A DNA stretch of 64,000 bases, taken from Eledone cirrhosa (Eukaryota). The stretch is taken from NCBI GenBank assembly GCA_964016885.1, contig OZ024743.1:73718001-73782000 (forward strand), read 5' to 3'. This document shows positions 55,354 to 64,000 of the stretch, piece after piece. Made by a program: the position numbers and the translations under genes. The notes beneath the pieces were generated by a model. The model worked only from the letters and a program-made list of their open reading frames with translations. It was not told the DNA's origin and did not search any database. Each line of letters starts with the position of its first letter. Position 1 is the stretch's first letter.

Positions 55354-55360
<7 letters not shown>
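53770..55360. mobile_element. Retrozyme-like 427-bp array: about 2.8 units (hammerhead on minus) plus an inverted 0.9 unit from about 54966; (TA)n flanks
   Basis: Period 427. Hammerheads at 54039-54081, 54466-54508 and 54893-54935 (-) and 55110-55152 (+, GAAA changed to TAAA). Confidence 0.85.
54893..54935 (-). ncRNA. Minimal type I hammerhead ribozyme
   Basis: acgttg-CTGACGA-t agct aata agct t-GAAA-ctag-TA-cagcgt; palindromic stem III ACTAGT. Confidence 0.85.
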
Positions 55361-55448
<88 letters not shown>

Positions 55449-55449
55449 A

Positions 55450-57213
55450 TATATTAGAAAGATCGAGTATCGAAAAATCGGCGCACGAGTTCACGATAAA
55501 CGAGATTCGACATGAGCGGCAGAGGGCTCAATAATTCAGATGAATCAGAGCTATAACTATCGTTAAAATACCGTCACATATAGAACAAGTCTACAATCAA
55601 CCATACGATTTAAAATCGATAAAGGAAGATTCGGGACAAACAGATAAAAAATATCAATAAAACAATACGTCAATAATTTAAATGAATGTAAAATCATACC
55701 CGGACCCACTAGACAGGTGTTAAATCTAGCTTCATGGGTTTCTGTAAATCCTTAGACTGTACTCTATCAGCTCACATATAAATATAAAAGCCTACTAGAG
55801 CAAGCGGAACGGAGTTTTACTTTCTCAACGAGTTTTTTTCCTGGCGGTAGAGGAGCCAACTACCAGTGAAAAACGCACATGGCATTAGACAAGGGAGATA
55901 ACCCCTATATCCGCGAAAACAATTCGAGTGAATGTGGAAATACACATATCGAATTAGAGTGCTCAATAGACATGTTAAAATAAAACAAAAGCTATTCATC
56001 ACTCAATAGAATCGACAAAAAATGAGCAATAAAATTAACTGGTGGATAGCTATGTCCAGAGCTAAATATATTAGAAAGATCGAGTATCGAAAAATCGGCG
56101 CACGAGTTCACGATAAACGAGATTCGACATGAGCGGCAGAGGGCTCAATAATTCAGATGAATCAGAGCTATAACTATCGTTAAAATACCGTCACATATAG
56201 AACAAGTCTACAATCAACCATACGATTTAAAATCGATAAAGGAAGATTCGGGACAAACAGATAAAAAATATCAATAAAACAATACGTCAATAATTTAAAT
56301 GAATGTAAAATCATACCCGGACCCACTAGACAGGTGTTAAATCTAGCTTCATGGGTTTCTGTAAATCCTTAGACTGTACTCTATCAGCTCACATATAAAT
56401 ATAAAAGCCTACTAGAGCAAGCGGAACGGAGTTTTACTTTCTCAACGAGTTTTTTTCCTGGCGGTAGAGGAGCCAACTACCAGTGAAAAACGCACATGGC
56501 ATTAGACAAGGGAGATAACCCCTATATCCGCGAAAACAATTCGAGTGAATGTGGAAATACACATATCGAATTAGAGTGCTCAATAGACATGTTAAAATAA
56601 AACAAAAGCTATTCATCACTCAATAGAATCGACAAAAAATGAGCAATAAAATTAACTGGTGGATAGCTATGTCCAGAGCTAAATATATTAGAAAGATCGA
56701 GTATCGAAAAATCGGCGCACGAGTTCACGATAAACGAGATTCGACATGAGCGGCAGAGGGCTCAATAATTCAGATGAATCAGAGCTATAACTATCGTTAA
56801 AATACCGTCACATATAGAACAAGTCTACAATCAACCATACGATTTAAAATCGATAAAGGAAGATTCGGGACAAACAGATAAAAAATATCAATAAAACAAT
56901 ACGTCAATAATTTAAATGAATGTAAAATCATACCCGGACCCACTAGACAGGTGTTAAATCTAGCTTCATGGGTTTCTGTAAATCCTTAGACTGTACTCTA
57001 TCAGCTCACATATAAATATAAAAGCCTACTAGAGCAAGCGGAACGGAGTTTTACTTTCTCAACGAGTTTTTTTCCTGGCGGTAGAGGAGCCAACTACCAG
57101 TGAAAAACGCACATGGCATTAGACAAGGGAGATAACCCCTATATCCGCGAAAACAATTCGAGTGAATGTGGAAATACACATATCGAATTAGAGTGCTCAA
57201 TAGACATGTTAAA
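55450..57213. repeat. 617-bp tandem array (about 2.85 apparently identical units) with TA flanks
   Basis: tagaaagatcgagtatcg recurs at 55455, 56072 and 56689. Confidence 0.92.
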
Positions 57214-57357
57214 TATATATATGTTTGTTGGTTCACCACGGGATAGAATTGGTCATTCCGTATGGTCAATCTTGATGTAATATTATGGAGAGTACTCAAC
57301 GTAGTGCAGTTCACCCGTCTTCGTTTGTGTAGTTGGTGGTGCTAATACGGAGTTAAT

Positions 57358-58699
57358 TATTATAAATAAAATAACAGGAGGCTGGACTGGTGTAAATCCT
57401 TGAAAATGTATTATACTATGATCATTTCAATGACCGGGTTCCGTATGAATCCGGTGATATCATCAGGTATTCGAAATGTAACAAAGGAATATATAAAAAC
57501 CATGGTTCCGAAATCAGAGACAGAGAGGACGGCTGACCAACTAGCTGCTTTCACCTCGGTCAGTCGCCCTCAAGTGATGGCAACTCTGTCTACTAATGAC
57601 CATCTGGTGAGGGAGCGAACGCTTATAATGTACCCTAGGTATGACAGCGTTTTATTCATGTATTTTACTTTTTACTTTTTACCTTATTAATGTATTTTTA
57701 TTAATGTATTTTTTATATATTTTTTTATTTCTTATCTTTGTATTTTTATCTTTGTATCCTGCTTTTATTTATTTGTGATTTTCTGCTTATTATTCCCTAC
57801 TCAGGTCATTATGCACCATTCATAGCTCCCTACCCACCAAAGAACCACACTACTTATAACCCGGAATAACTGGGACTTAAAAATAATTATAGTCTATTGG
57901 CACTTTTCATTGGGTTTTACCACTTTTGACTGATGTGGTGGATTTGCCGGCTGTGCGCCGGGCCCTAGGGAGGTTCTGCCTTCATTGAGTGCTTGGAAAA
58001 ATAAATTTCCATCCTTTCGGTAAACGAAACTCCTCGGAGCGGATCGATTTTCCCCGGGGCCCGCCGCGCCGCCTGTCTTAACCGCCATATTATACTCATA
58101 CCGATAAACTCTAGGGTTAGGCATAACTGTTAGCCCTATCATGCTTCCCTGTGCTGGCACGTAAATAAACCCCTCATGTGTGAATTAATAGTATTCGTTT
58201 GGTATAGACGATGACTTGTAGAAGCCGATTGACTTCCCGGTAGCACACTCGGGGCCTATCGCAGCTACGTTCCTAGAGTACTCGGAAAAATTAATTTCCA
58301 TTTATTTCGCTAGACGATACCACTCGAAACTGGCTGACACGTGGTTAGGAGGTGCTGGCTGGGATTTACAATCGAAGGCTTTTATCTTTACTCTATACCC
58401 CAGCTGGATAACTTATCGAGATTCCCTATAATACACTTACACTTTTTCATATAAGACTCTCTCGGTAATTTCATTAAATAATTCTCGCAACACAAACCTT
58501 TAATTTTTTATTAATTTTCTAATAATTTAATTTCATCCTATAATTCTTAACATAAGTTAACGTTCCAATTTTCTGTTCACACATTAGACTATACAGACAC
58601 CCATATATATGCTTTTGTTAAAATATGGGTTCTTTGGAATAACATTTTTCGCGGCGTCTTCTAGCATGACTGTAGTGTGACCCCTACGCTGACTTTTCT

Positions 58700-58760
<61 letters not shown>

Positions 58761-59066
58761 TTTTTTTATTCTCTGACGGAGAGGTGGTAGTACATTATAA
58801 GCCTTCGCCCCCTCACCAGATGGTCATTAGTAGACCGAGTTGCCATCACTTGAGGTCGACTAACCGAGGTGAAAGCAGCTAGTTGGTCAGTCATCCTCTC
58901 TGTCTCTGATTTCGGACCCATGGATTTTATATATTCCTTTGTTACATTTCGAATACCTGATGATATCACCGGATTCATACGGAACCCGGGCATTGAAATG
59001 ATCATAGTATAATAAACTTTTCAAGGATTTACATCAGTCCAGCCTCCTGTTATTTTATTTATAATA
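57358..59066. mobile_element. Element with inverted repeats of about 275 bp (57358-57633 / 58790-59066), each carrying a hammerhead
   Basis: atac-CTGATGA-long stem II-GAAA-tgatca-TA-gtat at 57413-57470 (-) and 58953-59010 (+). Confidence 0.8.
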
Positions 59067-60559
59067 TATATATATATATATATATATGCGCAAACCGGTG
59101 GGGGTGAATTGGGACTGACAAGGGAACGAGCGAAGGATTCGTTCCCCTGTCGATTCAATTTGGATTGCCTCGGGAACGTAACCTTATTATGTAAGAAGTG
59201 TCTGATGATGTCATGGCACTTGTTAGGTAGAGTCACGTGAACAATGTCGTCATTAAAATATGCATCACAGCATTATCAATAAAGGACTTTAACATCTGAA
59301 ACTTCTTCGCATTTTTTTAATTCTAAATATACTCCGTCGCTCCTTTGTGGAAAAATTACGTTGAGTGCTTGAATTGAACTGCATCAATGTTTACCGTAAG
59401 AATTTAGCTCCGAAATGTTGAGCGCTTTATGGTGCAACCAGTGTAGTGAAGAAGTGGAGGAACCAGTCATCAGCTACACCCGGAAATTTCCTCTACCATG
59501 GGGACTGATTACACACAGAAATCCCTACTACTAGACGGACATAAAATTATAAACTAACTTTCGAACGGGTAAATAAGCAGAGCTAAAAGCAGCGTAGAGC
59601 CCCTTATTTTTCTGCAGCAAATTGCATGTTGTACAGAGGCCTTGAATGGAAGCCCCCTCACTTCATCTGATAACGAGTTTTTATATGCAGTTTACATGGA
59701 CAAAATTGACAAGCATTTTCACCACTTCTACCCCCATTTCCACACAGTTTATCTTCCTCGTATATTTTTTCTAATATATGTCTCCTCTCTCATTTTGCAT
59801 CTATGTACTTTTTGTTTTGATTCATGTGATAGAAGAAGATATTAACTAATTATTTCTCTAATTACTATGCTTCATACTGTACTTTACCCTCCGTTCTACT
59901 GTACGGTACTATCGTTCAATATATCGATAATATATCTGTAATATTGACCCCCCTTTCAAAACTTCTTACTATAATTTAAGCAACTCCCTGTTTTATTGTT
60001 TATTATATATAGATTTTGTTTGTAACTTGTAATTTTCAATTTCTAATTTTCAATCATCATTTCCACTGTGAAACCATAATATCTAGAATTAAGTTTATAT
60101 TCTCTTAGCGGGTGATGGTCAATTATACTGTCCAGGCATAATTTAGGGGTAGTATCGAAGCGTATTGAAACTCATACTCTGCCACCACCACTAGGCCACT
60201 GGCAGGGCGACTAGTAGTAAACTATAACCGTGTTATATTACAGACCTGGATGGGGGTGATTGTTTCGTGGGGGGGGGGGGGGCTGCCTAGGCGAATTTCG
60301 TAGAGTTTTGGGGTAGTGGATGGTCTACTTCCTTCGGACTTACGCCTGATATATATGTATATCATAATATACATACATTATAGGAATATTAATGATAGTA
60401 ATTATAATAATATGAACACGAGGAAGAGTGTATATGTTTTATGCTAGTTTGGTTTTAAAATGTTTGTATTTCCTCAGATCTTCATCAAAGAAAAGAGTGT
60501 GCAGGGAATGGAGACATTCAATTTTAGCGACTACTTCTCTACTCCTTTGTGTATATATA

Positions 60560-61065
60560 TATAAGTAGTTCCACAATAGTTAATACACCATTTCCGACAA
60601 CAATTTGTTTCACTTTAAACGGATCATCAACTTTGAATGAGATAATACGGAAAAGGAAAACCATGGTACAAATAGACCTGAGCAGAAAATATTCTCAAAT
60701 GGGGGACAACTCAGGTTAGATCAATGGGAGGTAACTGCGAAAGATCAGAATATAAGTTTATTCAAGTTACTCGGTCTGGGGGTGTTACGTACGATAGTCA
60801 GTCAGGGGCTTTAAAATTATGTAATAGATGTTTCGAAACGTGGGGACAAGGTGAGTAGAAATCGGAGCTCGAGTTTAGACAAGCGCTATTACTTTCAATT
60901 CTCAGGATATTGATTCTTTCTTCAATGCACAGCCCACAAGACATATTCCCATTATCGTATGGCTTAGAATTGGTTATAATTTTCCTTTGGAAGGAGTAAA
61001 CCACGCCTGCGTCCTTAAGGGACCATATGTGACTTGCGGATATAGCCCACCAGTGTTCCACCACT
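60560..61065 (-). mobile_element. Penelope-like element 3' fragment (GIY-YIG C-terminal region plus UTR)
   Basis: SHIWSLK..YSFQRKII..CGLCIEERINIL..LNSSSDFYSPCPH, homologous to 62460-62690. Confidence 0.75.
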
Positions 61066-61209
61066 ATATATATATATATATATATATATAGGAAAAGTGT
61101 CAGGTCCACGACGGCTGAGCTTCGGCCGTCCACTCTACTACCCTAAGAATAGAGTATTCTGGTGCGTTATGGTCCACCTGGTTCCTTACCACACTTCCAC
61201 CGTTCGTTA

Positions 61210-61285
<76 letters not shown>

Positions 61286-61290
61286 GGAAA

Positions 61291-61335
<45 letters not shown>

Positions 61336-61469
61336 AAGTTATATTTAAAATTGTTGGGTTACAACTAGTAAATATTTATAACTGATATGAAAGCACTCGA
61401 CAAATATTTGGAGTATATTTACAATATTAAATAAATGGAAAACTATATTTATAAAACCATATTTATTTC

Positions 61470-62700
61470 AGGTAACTGACCTTGTGGGCTTATTTTTAAT
61501 CAATTCGCTACATAGGAAAATACCTGGTACTACCGGAGGTTTATATAGGGATGACATGCTTTTACTTATTAATAATAATAACCCTGAACTAAATAGAAAA
61601 TGTAAACAAATTACAAAATTTTTTAATTACTTTAACCTTAAAATAGAAATTGAGAACAACCATAGAATAGCCAATTTCCTAGATATAACATTAAATCTCA
61701 ACACATGTCTCCACTATCCTTTTCACAAGTTGAATGAAAACTTAAACTATGTCAACTTTAACTCTAACCACCCCATATCTGTCAAAAACACTATAGTAAA
61801 CTCAGTCCAAAAACGTATCTCTAGGATCTCGTCGAATAGAAAGATTTTTGACGAAAAGGCCCAGTACTATAATGATGCACTAGCTAGGGCAGGGTATGCT
61901 GATAAGATTGTGTACATAGATAATGATAGACAAACTAAACAAAGTAACAACTTTTTTAATTACGGCAACAACATTAACAACTATAATAGAAAGCATTACA
62001 ATAATTCCAAAGGACAAAAAAGAAATAGAACTAGGAACATAATTTGGTTTGCCCCCCCTTTCTCACTAAACATTAAAACCCACATCGCTAAATTATTTTT
62101 CAAAGCTCTTGATAATCGCTTCCCTAGAACACATAGGTATCACTCAATCTTCAATAGGCATACAATTAAATTAACCTACTCATCCACCAAAAATTTCGCA
62201 CAAAATATTAATAGAATAAATAATAGGAACTTAAAACCTACTGATAATAGCATAAATAATATACAAGTTAACAAATGTAACTGTAGAGATAGATCTAAAT
62301 GTCCGTTAAATAACAACTGCTTAAAAATATAGTATACAATTGTAATGTTAATACTGACTCTAATTCTTTTAACTACGTCGGTTCCACATCGACGGAATTT
62401 AAACTTCGCTATAATAACCACAAGAATTCTTTCACAGATCCAAATAAAAAATCTTCAACGGCACTATCAGGCGTACTCTGGCAACTTAAGCTAGATAACG
62501 TTAGATATTCGACGGCTTGGAATATAGTCTCAAGAGGGATTCCTTTTAATTCATCCTCTGAGACATGTGACCTCTGCGCAGAGGAGATATTCTTTATACT
62601 AAAATCTAAAAATTCCCTTAACCTACGGACAAATTTATTCAGTTGTTGCAAACATAGATTAAACTCAACGTTTAAATATAAATTTAAATTTAAAATGTAG
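61470..62700 (+). mobile_element. 5'-truncated Penelope-like element (RT C-terminal half, linker, degraded GIY-YIG endonuclease)
   Basis: GLYRDD, NFLDITLNL, YVNFNSNHP, YNDALARAGY, RNIIWFAPPFS, CNCR..CPL, then RYNNHKNSF..TALS..W..CDLCAEE. Confidence 0.9.
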
Positions 62701-64000
62701 TATATTTAGTTTGATTTATATTTATATGAGAACTAGCCGATAAATTTTTTGATTCCTAAATCTTTGATTCCCTCTTTTTACTCTTTTTATTGTTTATTTT
62801 ATTTTATTTATTTTTATTTTTTTATCTAAACATTCCTCATGAAAAATTAAGCTACCCTAAAAGCCGATGCTCCAAATGTTTTGAATTAACCTTACACTAG
62901 ATAAACTTCTATATTAAATATAGGAACATATGTAGACGTAATTGGACATCATAATCTTTTTGAGATGTTCTTTGCTAGATGTGATTTGATAGATAATTTT
63001 TGGCTTTGTCTTGTAATGAACTTGGCAATATATTGTCAATTAACTTTGAAGGGTTGTTCTTTGTGGTTTATTTTTATTTTTATTTTTATTTTTATTTTTA
63101 TTTTTATTTTTATTTTTATTCTTTTAGTATTGTAGTATTCTATAATATTTTTTATTTTTTATTTTATTTTTAATATTTTAATATTTTTATATGTAAATTT
63201 TTAATACGTAATATTTTTTAATACGTAGTATTTTTAATATGCAATATTTTTATTATGTAATATTCTTTCGTAATATTTTTTTTTTAGTTTTCTATTCTAT
63301 ATTTTTTTATATATTTTTACTTATTATTATTATTATTGTTATCTTTTTATTTTTAGTTTTGTTTATAATATAATATATATTTTTGATTAGTATATTGAAA
63401 TCTGCTCTCTATTTCTGCTTGATAGATAATCTTGTAGAGTAATCGCAAGAATAATAATACGCTCATATTTTTATACCACATTGAGAATGTTTTCCGGTAA
63501 CCTAGAGTTTGCAGAGTGAATCAGTTGGATTCACATTGATGTTTGTAGCTATCACATAAACATATGAATTTTTTAAAACTAAACATAAGATAATGAATTT
63601 TCACACATTGTGAATACTTGTTTCATTCAGGAATACTGATATGTACAATATAGTGTAAGTTTTATAAATACTAATACATTAAAACATAGGGTTTTCTACG
63701 CCTCGAATATGTCTGGCTATTTTTAAATTTTTTTCTCTCTCTATATCTCTCTATATCTCTCTATATATCTCCCTTACATTAATACTTGAGCTAAATAGAT
63801 AAATAAATAAATAAATAAATAAATAAATGTATCATTGATACACTTACTCAAAATGACCTCCCACTACCTAATTTTCTCTCTATATATATATATGTATCTA
63901 TCTCTATTTCCTCTCTATATATATATATCTCTTTCTGTCTCTTTACATGAAGCTCTTCGCTTTATCTATTTTTCCATCTCTCTATTTTGTTCCATGCACT

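Noticed and set aside
59195-59255. CTGATGA motif near a long hairpin at 59108-59160
   Set aside because: No properly placed GAAA or stem I.

Overview
Eukaryotic, extremely repeat-rich, non-genic (intergenic or intronic) DNA. The dense (TA)n/(CA)n/(CATA)n/(CCA)n microsatellites and the tRNA-derived SINE family resemble a coleoid cephalopod (octopus-like) genome; this is inference. No intact host gene is supported, and most ORF-track entries are microsatellite translations. Recognisable elements are a near-full-length disrupted CR1-type LINE (about 48.6-53.0 kb), Penelope-like (PLE) RT/GIY-YIG fragments, RLE-type non-LTR fragments (Dong/R4-like, CRE-like, Hero-like), RTE fragments, non-autonomous Helitrons, a hAT MITE, SINEs and minisatellites. 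The main signal is a family of non-coding repeats carrying type I hammerhead ribozymes, inserted in (TA)n. These include a 310-bp array with 11 identical hammerheads, a 427-bp array, a 617-bp array with a variant core, an inverted-repeat element and several solo copies. Four of these loci flip orientation internally with the same polarity (ribozyme-strand 3' ends pointing outward). That fits retrozyme-like circular RNAs copied by twin-primed rolling-circle reverse transcription, probably by PLE machinery; the mechanism is inferred and all folds were paired by eye.
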